DNA of 64,000 bases, taken from Rhizophagus irregularis. Its lineage: Eukaryota. The notes below the pieces were generated by a model. It was not told the origin of the DNA, made no database searches, and saw only the letters and a list, made by a program, of their open reading frames with translations. Numbering within the stretch: position 1 is the first letter of the stretch; each line of letters opens with the position of its first letter. The DNA lies in the NCBI RefSeq assembly GCF_026210795.1, contig NC_089434.1:5146001-5210000 (forward strand), written 5' to 3'. This document shows, one piece after another, positions 1 to 14,097 of the stretch. The translations under genes and the position numbers were made by a program.

Positions 1-934
1 GCTGACGTAAAGTTGAGTCCGAATTTGTAAAATCATTTTAACATTTTTCACATACCGTACATCAGTATTCCACTGTTTCGGAATTTTCCATTTTCAACTT
101 CGTCTCATGTTATGTTACCATAATTAAATCCAAATTTGAATTTTAACCTGTTTTTTTTTTGGTCATGAAACTATATATAGTTTGATGTTTCTAAAAAATC
201 TGAAGATTCTTCCATATCAAAATCCACTAATATATTCTGGCGCAGAATCCAGAATTTTGTATTTTTTTACTAGTAAGTATTCAAATTTCTGGTTTTTTCG
301 TTACATGTAAACTTTAATTTTTATCCAATAAATATGCGTAAATAACTGACACGATATAATTTTCCAAGAGTTGTTTACAAATAACAAGTTAGAAGAATCT
401 CTCTATTTTTTCGTTAAAATACTATAAATTTACAATTACCCCATTCATTAAACTAGATACTTATTTTGACGTGGGATTGGGATTTGGAAATTGGGATATT
501 AGGTATTTGGGTTATAACTTATAAATTATAACTTGTAAATTATTGATATATGCGCAAATCAGGATTTATTTCGCGCAAATTGCACATGATTTTTTATTGC
601 GCATTAATTGCGCAAATTGCACGTGATTTTTTAGCAACAAGCATTTGACTTAATTTCTTCTCAAGAAAGTTCATAAAACATGCTCAAGTTAATGAAAGTA
701 TCAAATGTATACTTTCTGAACGTGTAGTTAGCATGGAACTTATTAATAATCATTTTCTAACCTCTTTGAAGCAATTACATTTTAAAATATATTGATCGAG
801 AAGTGCAAGTTTTTGTTAATGCAAAAAAAACTGAGAGAAGTTAACAATGGGTTAGAAGGAGCTTAGAAATGATGTCTATTTTAGGTTTAAAACAAGTTGT
901 TTGTATATTATTATTCTTATTCTCTTCATCAATC

Positions 935-1640
935 ATGGAAATTACACCGTTTGTGAAAAGACCAGGTGTTGGCCGTGAAGGAAGACCGATTAAAGTTCGA
1001 ACAACCTTAATTACTATGTCAATATTTTACATTATGATGTACACCTGAAGTTCCTCCGCGATTAAATATGAAAATATTTGAAAGTTTCGTGAATCAATAC
1101 CGGGAAAGAGCCCTTGGAAACGCAAGGGCCAGTATTCGACGGTACGTATTCAATAACGAAAAAAAAAATATTTTTTGATACAAATATACCTATACTGATT
1201 AAAACGAAGCTAAATATTACTTCAACAAGATATCAAAACTGTATTTCATAATTTCTTTTTATTTATATTAATAATGCTATATAATATCTAAATATATACT
1301 AGTATTTAAAAGATGGAAATGGATACTAACCAATAGCAAATTGTTTGTAGGAATGAAAAATATGTTCGCCCACAAATTATTGTCTTTTGGGGACGCCGCC
1401 ACCTTCGACGTAAATATCTTTATTTTTTTTTACTTTTTTTTTGGCTTTTGAAATTTTAAAAAAAAGAGCATAATAAATTATATTTAACAAATTAGGTGAC
1501 ACTATATTGAAAATACAAACTCAGAATGACAGGTTCAGCTTTAAATGAACCTTAATATTTTAATGGATAATTTATGCAAGCTATTTGTGAACTAATAATA
1601 GATTTAACGGGATGAATTAGAAGCTTATTTCAATGAGCAG
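935..1640 (+). pseudogene. Argonaute N-terminal fragment (intron-containing, frameshifted, truncated)
   Basis: Manual translation gives MEITPFVKRPGVGREGRPIKVRT...ILHYDV..PEVPPRLNMKIFE...VFDG, a GT..AG intron (~1143-1350), then MKNMFAHKLL. This matches the RPG.G..GR.IKV / HYDV / FDG..N.F pattern of eukaryotic Argonaute N termini. No PAZ or PIWI sequence follows. Confidence 0.8.
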
Positions 1641-1723
1641 GTAAAATTTTGTATTATTTATCAAATGCTTTTTTAATATTAAAAAAAATTGTCTAATTTA
1701 CATAATTGATAAACTCAATAATA

Positions 1724-2330
1724 GATTTGCTTGCAGTAAATGAACGTAGACATGGAACTATTCCGTATATGCCATTAGACTCTTTCTGTCTTTCTGTTCG
1801 TGATCTTCACGAAATTATAGTAGAAAGATTAAAGATTGTCCACGGTGATCTTCTTCCTTTCACCGCTCATATTCCATCAGAAGAATGGATTAGATTTCAA
1901 TTTAATCCTACAAATGCTACTACAACGCGATTAATGTATCGTACAAGCCGATTTAATGGTACAATGTAGATTGCTTCAAAAGAATAGTGATGATGCACAT
2001 TATTGTGCAGCACTTTTTCGATATCTTAGAGAATTTTGCATTCTATACCGCCAATGGACATGTGTCAATGGACATGTTTAATTTCTGCAGATGATAAACA
2101 TAAAGTTTCCATTGGAGATGATGTTGCAGTTTCTACAGGTGTAATGAAATTATCCTTAACACCTTCAGTTAAATCCCTGATGATATTCCTGGATCATTTT
2201 ATGATGGTCAAGTAATTGTGTTTTATAAAAATACAGTTTTTGAACCAAGCAATGCTATTAGACATTCAGCCAAGTTTTTATATGCACTCAACACCCAATA
2301 TATGCACCAAACAATAACACCAATATTGGG
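1724..2330 (+). pseudogene. Decayed DDE transposase fragment, Zator/TP36-like
   Basis: IPSEEWIRFQF (ORF 1706-1969), followed across frames by DAHYCAALFRYLREF, SADDKHKVSIG, KLSLTPSV and GSFYDGQV. The DDK.KV.IG and L.PSV motifs resemble Zator-type transposases. Confidence 0.5.
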
Positions 2331-3833
2331 TCAAGTCTGATACTTTTGCATTGATTTCATTGGCCATACACGCGTCGTGATAGACGTCATGTTCGTTCAC
2401 GTGATCATAAGCCAATCATAATATCCGGTTATTTGTAGTGATAAAGTTAGTGATCTTTAGCAGCCGCTTTTTTTGTGCTTGCTCAGTTGAACGAATTTCA
2501 TGAATATTGATCATGGAAATGATAACTTGATTTACAGTTTTACTGTTTTACTGGTACGCATTATAATTACTGGTCACTTACTTTTCAATTCAATTTTTAT
2601 TGATTTTATAAAATGGTTTGTAGAACAAATAGATCACATTTGATATTCGTCTTTGGATCCCAAAAGACTTATATTGCCTGAAAAGAATAAAGGAGCTTGG
2701 CAAAATCACCTGGAGTCGAATTTGAAAGCACTCCTTCTTTGGATCTTTGATTTAATAATTAAAGACGCAACTCAATATATTTATAACAGGATTTGAGGTC
2801 CTATATTGCCTAATGGATAAAAGAAATCTTAACAAGGATTAAATCACACCAATTTCACGCAATTTGCCTTACAGCTGGATCTGTAAATCGAATCCGTTTG
2901 CAGTAAAGAAGAAATGTTTTATTATAAGCATATTCTTAATTTCCAAAATTCTAGAAAGGGTGACTTAGGCAGGCCTCGCCTCGACGATGACAAATATCTG
3001 GTTCTGAGATGACAATCGACAATCGTTAATCCTGTAGACGAATCTGCTTACATTTACCGCAAAATCATTACACGTTTTGATGGATTTGACAAACGGTTGA
3101 ACAGCATGGTACATTTTCATTCCTTGCTCCACATTATAGGGACTTTAATAACGACGTAACTTTTGGTGAGGGAGACACCTTTCTTGGTACATTGAACGGA
3201 TTTTTTTTTGAAGCATTAATATGGTTTTTGTTATTAATTTTGTTAACTACACGTTTCCTAAATTCCATAGATTTTGCAACAAGTTCCGCAACCAGTTCCG
3301 CAACTACTAATACTGCTAAGCAAGTAAAAAATCATCTTGGTCGTAAATCTCAAGGAATTCAGGTATGAATATTCGTATAATACCTAATCATCCTTATTCA
3401 AATAGTCAATACCTTTGTTATTTATGTTTTAAGAAACGGCAACCTATCAAAAAGATTTCATATGAAGAAAAGTTTTGTTGCGCAAAACTCGCCATTACTT
3501 CATTGGAAAAAACTCCAGACAGATTCAAATCAAAGCTTGTGACAATGAGAGAAACCAGTGATGAAGAAGCAACGGGTTCAAGAGTATTTTGAGAAAAAAT
3601 AATCATGTAAATAAATTAATATAGAAATGTCATGTATACGGGTTACATCCAAAATTTGTAACTTATTTTTGAGGTGCTTTAATCATTAAGATAATAATAA
3701 ATTATAATAAATTTATTCTTCATTTATATAAGAGAATTTTATTTAGTAAAATAATTCGAATATGTAAAATGATACATCACGTTCAAGAACAAATCTCAAT
3801 TCTAATACATATATGAATAAACATAATTATTAA

Positions 3834-6560
3834 CTAAACATTTCGCCCACTCCAACTAAATCGCCATTTCTTTTCAAAAAAAATTAAAGCTTCAAATAAA
3901 TCCTCCTTCATACTTGTCCTTTTTGAGGACATTATCAACCCAGCATCACTAAAGACCCTTTCACTTGCCCCCAAAGTTGCTTGAATACATAGATACTTTC
4001 GTGCTAATTGGGCTAAGATCAGAAATTGACTCTTATTTACGTCCCACCATTTTAAAGGGTCTTGATCATTTTTAATTTGCGCCATTACTAAATATCGTCA
4101 AACTTCATTATCTTCAGTCTGAAGATCATGAGATTCATCATCTGAGAACAAGCGTCTTTTATAAACTCGTGTTGAAGTTTTTCTTTTTTTCGGTTTTGGC
4201 TCACATTCCTCTAAGTGAATGTTAGTGTCATTCTTTGCTAATTCATAAACTTCATGAAGATTAGCTTTTGCTAATTCCTTTTGATCATTGCTTGCAAACA
4301 TAGTTTTTTTCTTATGTGGATCCAAAAGTGCAGCAATAAGTGCCTCTTTTTCAATTACCTCAAAATAATTTTCAAGTGCTTTATAAAGGTTTGATTTAAT
4401 ATTATCCAAAAGTCCGAAAGTATTAGTAGGACTATTTATTTTGATTTTTCACCTGGCATCAGGTTCATCATCTTCATCAACTTCTTCAAATTGATGATTT
4501 TCAAACGCATCATCATTTGTCTCCAAATCTAAATTAGAGTTTATTGTTGGACTAAACATACTTTTGAGTTTAATGATATCTGGATATATGTAACTCATGG
4601 TTGCATATTTCGTACCTTCTAATATTTCTGTTAATTGGGCAAGAGGACCCAAAATTTCAAGTAAATCCCTTATAATATCCCATTCATTATTAGTAAGGTT
4701 AATTTTGTTTAACCTTTTCGCATCCTCTTTAGCATTATTATCTTTATTTACATTTAAAGATGAAATAACAATATCAATATAAGGTTTTAAAGCTATTAAC
4801 CTTTCCCATGCTATATATGTACTTGACTCATCGTGTTTCAATAGGGTGTACTATCAAATAATTAAATCAAAACATCATATAAAAAATTATTAGCAGAGAT
4901 TTTTTTGACAATTCTGCCGGTTAATGAGTCAAATGGAATTTTTGTCAGATATTTTAAAATGGCATTATTATTATTATTATTATTATTATTAAATTTATTA
5001 AATACAAATACATAGTTTATACTTTATAAATAAAATACAATGAAATTATTTTTTGATAGGTTTGCTGCTCTAACTCACTTTGCATCAATTTGTCTAGGAT
5101 CTCATGAAATTATACTTGTATTATTTTTCAAATAACCTGTACAATGGTTGTTTTCTTAGTTTTGATTGTTGTAATTTCTTAATTTGTATTTGAAAGGCAT
5201 TTTCCCGTAAAAAAAATCAGAAATCTCAGAAACTCAATAAATCATGTATTATTAGTTTTTATGCAATACTAAAAGACTAAAAAATACACAATAACTTAAA
5301 GAATAATGCAATACCTCAATTTTTTTAAAAAACAAGTAAAGAAAAAAAGTTTTATTATTAAGGATTAACTAAAAGGACTAGTTCTAATGCAAATGGCCTT
5401 CTTTAAAAAAAATAAAGGTATTATATGGAAAAGATAGTTATTTTGGATATTCTTGCAGAATTTGAAACATAAATAGTAGGAATGAGTTAAAGTTATGGAA
5501 ATGTGAAATTTTGTCTATTTTAATATGAAGGTACTTATAAATAAAGTTTATGAATTATAGTAATCATCAAAAAAATCTCTGATAATAATTTTTTATATGT
5601 ACTTTACATAGACTTTGATTTAATTATTTGATGGTATACCCTAGTGTTTTAACATTAGTAATTGTTCTATAAAAAATTCTATGCAAATCACTATCCTCTT
5701 CCAGTTATTTTTGAATTTTTTTTGTGCATTTAAAAAACATTCATTTTGCTTTGGTGAAGTAAAAAAATTTTTGCATATGTAATTAGAATTTTAGCAGTAA
5801 ACAACCCTTTTTCAACTACTAATTGGATTGTATATGATAATTTATGCAACTAAACAATTTGGGTAAGACATTTTTTTATGTTAAATGTAATATCGGTAGT
5901 ACAGAAAAAACTTTATATTGCAATTCCTATTAAGTAATAATTGCTTGTTGAATAGCATCTCTGATATGTAAATATTTCAAATATTGAATAGCTAAAGTAA
6001 TTTCTTTTATTTCAAAATCAGGTGTAATAAATAACAGGTAATACCAAAAAAATCCTGCTTACTACAAAAAGTCTAGAGATCACAAGTAAATAAAACCGAA
6101 ACTGCATTTTCATAGATATACTGCTTAAGTTTATTTTTTAAAAATCCATATGCTTCAAATATTCTTTTTTGAAATTCTTTATCAGTTAAAAGTTCAAAAT
6201 TTTTATTTAATGTATTAATAAATCAATGAAAAGAAGGAAATTTCAAAAGATGAAGAAGTTGAAAATCTAGAATAAGCCATTCAAAAAGAAGGGTTTTCAA
6301 GTATTTTTGTTAATTTTCTGTTATTTGTGAATATGAATCTGACAAAATGGTATAATGATCAATTTTTACCTATTTTAAGGATGATGTAATAGTTAATAAA
6401 GGTTTAGAATGTTCATATATTTTGTGTTTTCAATTAAGATGGCTAATAATATTACTAGTTGAACTTGAAGTTTCAATTTTCACAGTGCAATTTTTACCAT
6501 TATCTAATTTTTGATTACACTCAAAAATAAACTTGTTTGAATTAGTTAGATAATTTTTTT
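3834..6560 (-). pseudogene. hAT transposase pseudogene (BED finger to dimerisation domain), interrupted by a MITE
   Basis: C-terminal DPLKWW...LARKYLCIQAT.GASERVFS (hAT dimerisation domain), ALLDP, and a degenerate (TRW)SSTY motif at ~4830. A decayed N-terminal part at 5644-6560 has a C..C...STSNIISHL..H BED-like motif. Many stops. Confidence 0.85.
4842..5643. mobile_element. MITE with ~70-bp imperfect TIRs and a 9-bp TSD (MULE-like)
   Basis: Termini tagggtgtactatcaaataattaaatcaaa / tttgatttaattatttgatggtatacccta. Flanks gtgtttcaa and gtgttttaa. Splits the hAT reading frame. Confidence 0.8.
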
Positions 6561-6700
6561 GTTCTCTCCAATTAAGGGCATGCCAGAAATCACATGATTA
6601 TGCTCAATTAGAAACCTAATCCTACCCACCATGTGATTGAATTCTGATTGGCTAAAAAAATACATATAGTATAATATATAATATATTATATTAATATATA

Positions 6701-6736
6701 TACTACTTGGACAAAAGTAGGCAAAAACTATATTTT
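6701..6736. repeat. Orphan outer part of a Tc1/mariner TIR
   Basis: ta|tactacttggacaaaagtaggcaaaaactatatttt matches the Tc1 end at 38350 (tacttggacaaaagtaggtggaaactatattt). It is the portion missing from the Tc1 TIR truncated at 39631. Confidence 0.85.
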
Positions 6737-8050
6737 CTTTACAGAAACCTTGAATTTTTAAACAATACCGAATTGATATAATAATGATGTTAAATAAATA
6801 TCATGGCGATATCGATTTGCAAATGATATCATTATGATATCGCAATGATATCATTTCAATATTAATTCAATATATCGAAATGATATCGTAAAGATATTTG
6901 TTTGAAAAAATATCAGATCGATATCATTTCGATATTGTTATAACAACAATGAATTTTTTGAAAAATGGGAAGTAAATACGATATTAATATGATATCGTTC
7001 CAACATTAATTCAATATCAATATGATATCGTAAAGATATCACTTTATAATTACTTTACAGAAACCTTGAATTTTTAAACAATACCGAATTGATATAATAA
7101 TGATGTTAAATAAATATCGTGGCGATATCGATTTGCAAATGATATCATTATGATATCGCAATGATATCATTTCAATATTAATTCAATATATCGAAATGAT
7201 ATCGTAAAGATATTTGTTTGAAAAAAATATCAGATCGATATCATTTCGATATTGTTATAACAACAATGAATTTTTTGAAAAATGGGAAGTAAATACGATA
7301 TTAATATGATATCGTTCCAACATTAATTCAATATCAATATGATATCGTAAAGATATCACTTTATAATTATCTAATCGACATCATAACGATATTGACGAAA
7401 CATCAAATCGATATCATATCGATATTTTGATATTGTTATAACAATAATGAAAAATAGAAAGTAAATACGATATTAATATGATATCGTTCCAACATTAATT
7501 CAATATCAATATGATATCGTAAAGATATCACTTTATAATTATCTAATCGACATCATACCGATATTGACGAAACATCAAATCGATATCATTTCGATATTGT
7601 TATAACAATAATGAAAAATAGAAAGTAAATACGATATTAATATGATATCGTTCCAACATTAATTCAATATCAATATGATATCGTAAAGATATCACTTTAT
7701 AATTATCTAATCGACATCATAACGATATTGACGAAACATCAAATCGATATCATTTCGATATTGTTATAACAACAATGAAAAATAGAAAGTAAATACGATA
7801 TTAATATGATATCGTTCTAACATTAATTCAATATCAATATGATATCATAAAGATATCACTTTATAATTATCTAATCGATATTGACAAATAACGAAACGAT
7901 ATCATTTTGATATTGTTATAACAATAATGATTTTTTTTTAATAAATGCAATATCAATATAATATTATTTTAATATTAATTCAGTATCAAAATAATATCAA
8001 AATGATATTATCTATAAAAATATCAAATCAATCAAATATCGTTAAATTCA
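6737..8050. repeat. Left subterminal array (316-bp terminal duplication plus ~170-bp GATATC-rich units)
   Basis: Second TIR copy ctttacagaaacc at 7053. The unit gtaaatacgatattaatatgatatcgttccaacattaattcaatatcaatatgatatcgtaaagatatcac is repeated. Confidence 0.9.
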
Positions 8051-8728
8051 ATTTTATAATATTTTAATAATTTGTAATCTAATTTAAAAGTTACTAATTT
8101 CAATAGATTTAAGTTACCGGTTATTTATTACAATAACAATTTTAATTACAGATAAAGTATACATTAGTTTAAATATTATATAACAGATAAAAAAAATATC
8201 AATAAATCTATAATAAACTAATTCAATAAATTAGAATTATGAGTTAAATTGGTGATGTAAGTCAAAACATTATGCCTTAATACTCCAGAATCATAACTCA
8301 TCAACCCAAAGTTGAGGATTAACCAGGTACCTTGCTTTAGATTCAGCGACACTGCCCAAGTTGGATGGGATGTCACAGGTACGCTTTAAGAAGACTCGCT
8401 ACGACTCTATTGCAAAAAGGATAAGTATATTCGAAAACACCAGACATAAATTCACCTCAGAAGTTTGGCGGGAAACCCCTATAAACAACTGCAGTTTCAT
8501 CATTACCAAAATCATTGAATTTAGGGATACAATGAAAAAGTTCATGAGAATGACGGCTTTAAAAAAAAAATACAAATATATTCTCAACTTTGACAATTCA
8601 CCTTATTCTTTGGCCTGGAATTCTCATATGACTGCATTATTGTTGTTTGTAATTTGATCCATTGAATCCACCATAAATTGCCTGGCAAAGCGAACTTTTA
8701 TTAGACAACTATAGCTTCATCAACAAAC

Positions 8729-8883
8729 TATACTTCTCCGCTAATTAATTACGTCGTATTTCGGCGAACGGACCAATTCACTATTTATTATAAAATTACT
8801 ATGAATTAATTACGTCTGTCAAAATACATTACGTCTGTCAAAATAAATTTAATTAGTATTTTGTCATTTTGACGAAAAGTATA
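8729..8883. mobile_element. 155-bp mini-MITE with an 8-bp TSD
   Basis: caacaaac|tatacttctccg...gacgaaaagtata|caacaaac. Empty site in copy 2 (~54880). Confidence 0.9.
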
Positions 8884-11115
8884 CAACAAACGTTGCAATG
8901 TGTTTGGACGAATGACATCCTGTTTAATAAATTTTAAATGGACAAACGTGGACCTAAAACCCATTATAAGGTAGGCTGCAAGAAGTGCAAAGCAACCTAC
9001 CTAACCCACGAGTGGGTCTAAGGGTTAGGGAATTAATTACACGCCAAACACACACAAGTTGGTATGGAGTTAAAAGTCTTACAAACTAAAAATTATTTTT
9101 GCCACTTAATTCTCCAATAATCAATGTTATAAAAAAGTTACTTACGACTTAAGCCTACTTAATTATATATAAAACGACACTTCGAACAGACAGAGCTCAT
9201 GATATATGAGAATATCCCATCATGCTTATTTTAACCTTTGATTAAAGGATTTTCGTTGCGTTAATTATATAAGCTTTACGCCTATATAACATAAGCTTAC
9301 ACCTATATAATTCAAGTCCGCCTTTTCCTATAACACACTATGCACGATGGCAAATGGTATAGGAGGAAGACTTTACTTTCAGAAAGAAAGTTTTTTTTTC
9401 AAAAAAAAAAACGTACAAATAAATAGCGGTTAAATAAAATAGTGGTTAAATTGACTTTTTAGGCATTAATAGGCCTTATAGCCTTATAATATACGCGATC
9501 ATTTAATATACGCGATCATTTAATCAGACAATTTATTAAATTTGGTATTACACGAACTTGATCAACCTGATAATTGTTTAGTCTCTTTATAGGTGGATAT
9601 TTCTTAAATTATCACCTGAACTTTTCAATTTTTTGCAGAATCGAAGATGGAAACCGGAAAAGTATTCTGATTCAGAATTTTTTTTAAGAAATGTGTTTGT
9701 TATTTTGTAAATTACCAGTCAGAATTGGCTTAAACTTTAAAGTTCTTACTTTACGCAAATGTTACGCAAATGTATTCTTTTTGATCTGTATAAGAACGTC
9801 AAATATATAGAGATATTTAGGCCGTATATACTAAAGAAGAAACGTCATATAATAACCATTCCATTTTTAACAAAACAACAATTACTTTTTAAACTTGAAA
9901 ATGTTATATCTTAGACAAACATTTTATAGTTTTATACATCCATTTTATTTTATATTATTATCGCTCGACATTATGGTATAATGTTTAGAATAATGATGTT
10001 TCATATTATCGTTGCTTGTAAAATTTACTAAATTTATTCAATGTAATATCGTTATAAAATGCATAATTTTATAAAAAAATTAGAGCGTTTGCTAAGATTT
10101 ATAACTATGTATAATTTAATATTATTATTAATAACTATGATTAAAGGATATGAAGTATCAGTACAGTATAAATAAAATAACTTACCGATAAAGAATCAAC
10201 GATCTTATTTCCGCTCCTAGAAGGGATCGTTAATTTTTTGGTCATATTATCTAATTCTTTAACGGCGGACAAATTTTTTCCGTTCCACGAAACTTTAAAG
10301 GTTTCTCTTACGAAATCAACCAAGGTATTGAATCCTCCATTTCTTGTTAATTCTGAAATATTAACAGCTACAAGCTGTCGGCTTAAAATCTTTTGGACAA
10401 ATTCTTCATCAACGTAATCTATAAGTTCCTTTTGAGATAAACTTCCAGTAGATGCTCTATAATTAAATTAATAATTAATACAAACAGCACTATTTGGTTA
10501 TCTACGAAACAATTAAATAAATACCTGTTTTTTCTTATTTCTTTAAATTCTTCTACAGAAGTTAAAATAATTTGGTTAAACTTATTTCTGAAATCGATAA
10601 AAAATTTTCGGGTTTTTTCGAGGTAGCTTTTATCTTCGTTCGAATGTATTTTTATTTTGAAAATTTTTGTTATCAACTCATCAAAAACTTCACCACGCGG
10701 ACTTCTTGCACGTAAAAAAAGACACTTGACACTTTCGTCCCATAGACGAATTTTATCCTAAAATATTAAAAATACATTATTTAAAAGATTTAGACATAAT
10801 AAAATCATGTTAATTTAATACTTACGTCCGTAATTTTACTGGATGATGAGATAGTAACATCCGTATTGTTCATTTCTAGTGCCAATCTTAAAATTTCCGG
10901 ATGGTCGACGAGCCAAGCAACTATTTCTAAATTTGACTTTGATTGAAATACTTCGGGTTTTTTATGATCTTCTGTCTTACTCTCATCATCATCATCATTA
11001 TCATCATCATCATCATCATCATCATTACTTCTTTTTTCATTTACTACTATAACTTCTTTATCAGCAGATTCGGCAGCTTCTTTATTACTACTTTTACTTT
11101 TTTTCATCAACTGAT

Positions 11116-12683
11116 CACTAGTCAAAAACCATGCAAACATAGCTTGAGCTTGAATTTTATTAATTAATGCCGAAGTGACTTTAGAGAAACACAGAGTGAT
11201 CTAAAAAGCACCGCAACAAGTGCAGAACTAATAGAAAAACAAAGAACAAATAATCTTCCAAAATTACATATAAAGAAAAGCTAAGATTATAAACCCCACC
11301 CTCTCTATATAAATAACTACGGCTACTCCCCCCAAATCTATTTCAAAATGGGTAAAGTCGACTATGCTATACGTAACCCATCCAGCGCCGTACCCACTCC
11401 TAGAATCGGTAAAGAACCTCCGAGCTACCATTAGCACTATCAGAAATACCTAAAATTCAATTTCCCCTATTTGACTACATACTATGGATAACAAACCTAT
11501 TTCACAAAGACCTCAGGGAACTTTTTAGTGTCGTGCAGTCCAGCCGATGGGGAACTTTTTAGTGTCGTGCAATCCCCGAAGGGACACCCACCTCATTTCG
11601 AACAATCCCAAACGGAGGACACCCACCTCATTGCGAACAATCCATCGACCTAAGATCTACCTAGATAAGTCAATCCAATGATAGTCCAACATGTGACCAC
11701 CTTGATCGGCATACTACAAAAACTGCGGTACCCAACCTGTCACCCCCCTTATCACCCAGATGATCATCGATTTGCAAAATAGTAACACCAAGCCACCATG
11801 ACGATCAAATTTTCCAGTATCCCCCCACCCCCCAAAGAAAATAAGGTTACACCGAAAAAAGCGACCAAGAAAAACAAAAAGCAAAAAATAAAAACATAAA
11901 CCTCAGGAAAACTCGAAGTGCAATGAGAAAAACCTGAGTAAAAAAACACCAAACATACGCCTCAACACCGTCTCCTTATTTTAGAAGACTAACTCCCCCG
12001 TTAACAACATCAACTAGCAAGAAATACGTTAGTCAAGAGCTCCTTCCAAGAAATACCGGTCCGGCCTGCGAACCACTTGGCCAGTTAGACTTTAAAGGCG
12101 TAGGAACCAAGACGCACTACTTTTCAACCTTTCAGAAAGCCCAGGGGAACGTTCGTATGGAACTGCCATCTTACAGTATTATTGGTAACTCCAAGACTCA
12201 TGATAACGGTCCTAACTCAATATAAGCCGTAAGGAGTTCGGGCGAAACTAAAGACCTCGGTAATAACTTCATATAACGTCGAAAAGTCCTTTTACTATCA
12301 CTCAAGGCAAAAAATCCTCATATTTTTCATCCATGTCTTCTTGGGAAAAAATGGGCAAAGCCCAACGGGAGAGAAGTACGATGATCGCGCACTAGTCAAA
12401 ACCAATATATCGGGTAGCAGATATGTATCAGATATGTACCCGATATGTGTAGTATTAATGCAGAAAATCGGGTACCCGATATGTGTAAGATATGTGTAAA
12501 TATATATATCATATACATATCATTTACATATCATATACATATCGGTACCCGATATGTATATGATATATATATTTACACATATCTTACACATATCGGGTAC
12601 CCGATTTTCTGCATTAATACTACACATATCGGGTACATATCTGATACATATCTGCTACCCGATATATTGGTTTTTGACCAGTG
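11116..12683. mobile_element. Non-autonomous CACTA insertion with a 3-bp TSD (gat) carrying ~1.26 kb of unrelated sequence
   Basis: gat|cactagtcaaaaacca ... tggtttttgaccagtg|gat. Copy 2 has the empty site (gccaatcagttg at ~52650). Confidence 0.9.
12390..12683. mobile_element. Foldback CACTA MITE (~294 bp, near-perfect palindrome)
   Basis: cactagtcaaaaccaatatatcgggtagcagatatg... mirrored by ...catatctgctacccgatatattggtttttgaccagtg. Confidence 0.9.
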
Positions 12684-14097
12684 GATTGGCTTTCTCAATG
12701 TCAATATCTCTTCTTTTTTTCGTAATTTGTTTTCTTTTCGATCCTATTATACATATTTTTGGTATTTATTAATTATTCTTCTTACATATAACTATATAAG
12801 CAAAACTTACTATAAATTTACAAAAGAGTTATATCTACATACCTCCTTCAACTTCCATTTCTTGATTATCATCAGACGATTTATTAGGTAATTTACGTTT
12901 AGTCGTTATAATATAAAAAAAAAAATATGAGCGAAAAAAAAGTGGAACAACCTTTTTGTTTAAAAGTAGGTGATATTTATCGAGAAAATATGAATGAATA
13001 AAAAATGTAGAGCAACTTTCTTGCTCAAAAAAGTAGATGATAAATATTGAATGAACAAAAAAAAGGGCGAGGTTATCATGATATAATTTTGAGATTTTAG
13101 CTATTGTAATTATGATTGTAGTATTTAATTGGAAAATATACATGATCTTAATATCATTGTGTATCGTGTAGAATGCAGGATCAGTTAAAAATATCAGGAG
13201 ATGGGAAAACTAAAAATTATGATTTCTAGAAGATCGAAAATTAAATTTAATTAATATAAATAAATTATTACAATATCGAATTTCATTCAGTGAAATTTTT
13301 TTTTACATGAAAGATTACCTCAAATCGATTTTACGGTTTCAAATTTATTATATTTTTCAGGCTATACGTGGAATGAGAAGAAAAATAATGGAAAGGTGAG
13401 AAGAAAAATGATCGGTAGAAGAAAAGGAGTGAGAAGAAATTAATGGAATATTACGTTTTGAATTTCCATTTTTATGTGTGATACGATAAAAAAAATTTAT
13501 AAGATCCGCTAGTTCTTGACGGAAAAATAACTGAGCCAATGAACCATGTGATGATCCTATCTAACTAAGCCATATCTATTTAGTGTAAACCTCTGGATTG
13601 ATTACATAAAAAATAGATGGGATCTACAGTAGTCGACTTACAACGATATTTGAAAAATACCGATATATTGATTGAAATTGTGAAATTACTGATAGGAAAG
13701 AGTTTTAATACATATTGGTGTAATCAAATATTGGTATATAAAGTATCAACTATTCAAATAATACAAGTCATGTGCAACTAATCATTTGTTTAATTGTTCG
13801 ATAATATTTCTAAAACGGAGTAAATTAAGATCGAATTAAGTTCCTTACGGTGTAAATTAAGGTTAGCTTAAAATTCAGTATAATTGTAATATATCATCGC
13901 AGTGTAATATGAAATATAATCAAGGAAGGACATGCGTGATTTAAAATATTATATTTTATAATTATAAAGTATAAAGATAACATTTTAACTCATTTTTTAT
14001 TAATAGAATTTGTTTATTTATTTTTATTTATATATATTAATTAATGCAGTATTACTATAATTATATTTTTAAAATAAATTGATAAATCAAAAAATTG

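Larger units (their letters stand above)
10184..12910 (-). pseudogene. Multi-exon accessory gene of the transposon (unknown function), disrupted by a CACTA insertion
   Basis: ORF pieces 10141-10323, 10419-10676, 10805-11140 and 12835-12910 join through GT-AG introns. The equivalent in copy 2 (52431-53583) is uninterrupted. Confidence 0.7.

Noticed and set aside
2340..3620. Possible exon fragments and short ORFs
   Set aside because: I could not assemble a coherent or recognisable protein.
10943..11167. Poly-Ile hydrophobic ORFs (also 15900-16097, 45254-45493, 52449-52826)
   Set aside because: Antisense shadows of Asp/Glu-rich codon runs.
12445..12891. 148-aa ORF
   Set aside because: Runs through a palindromic MITE and the antisense strand of another gene.
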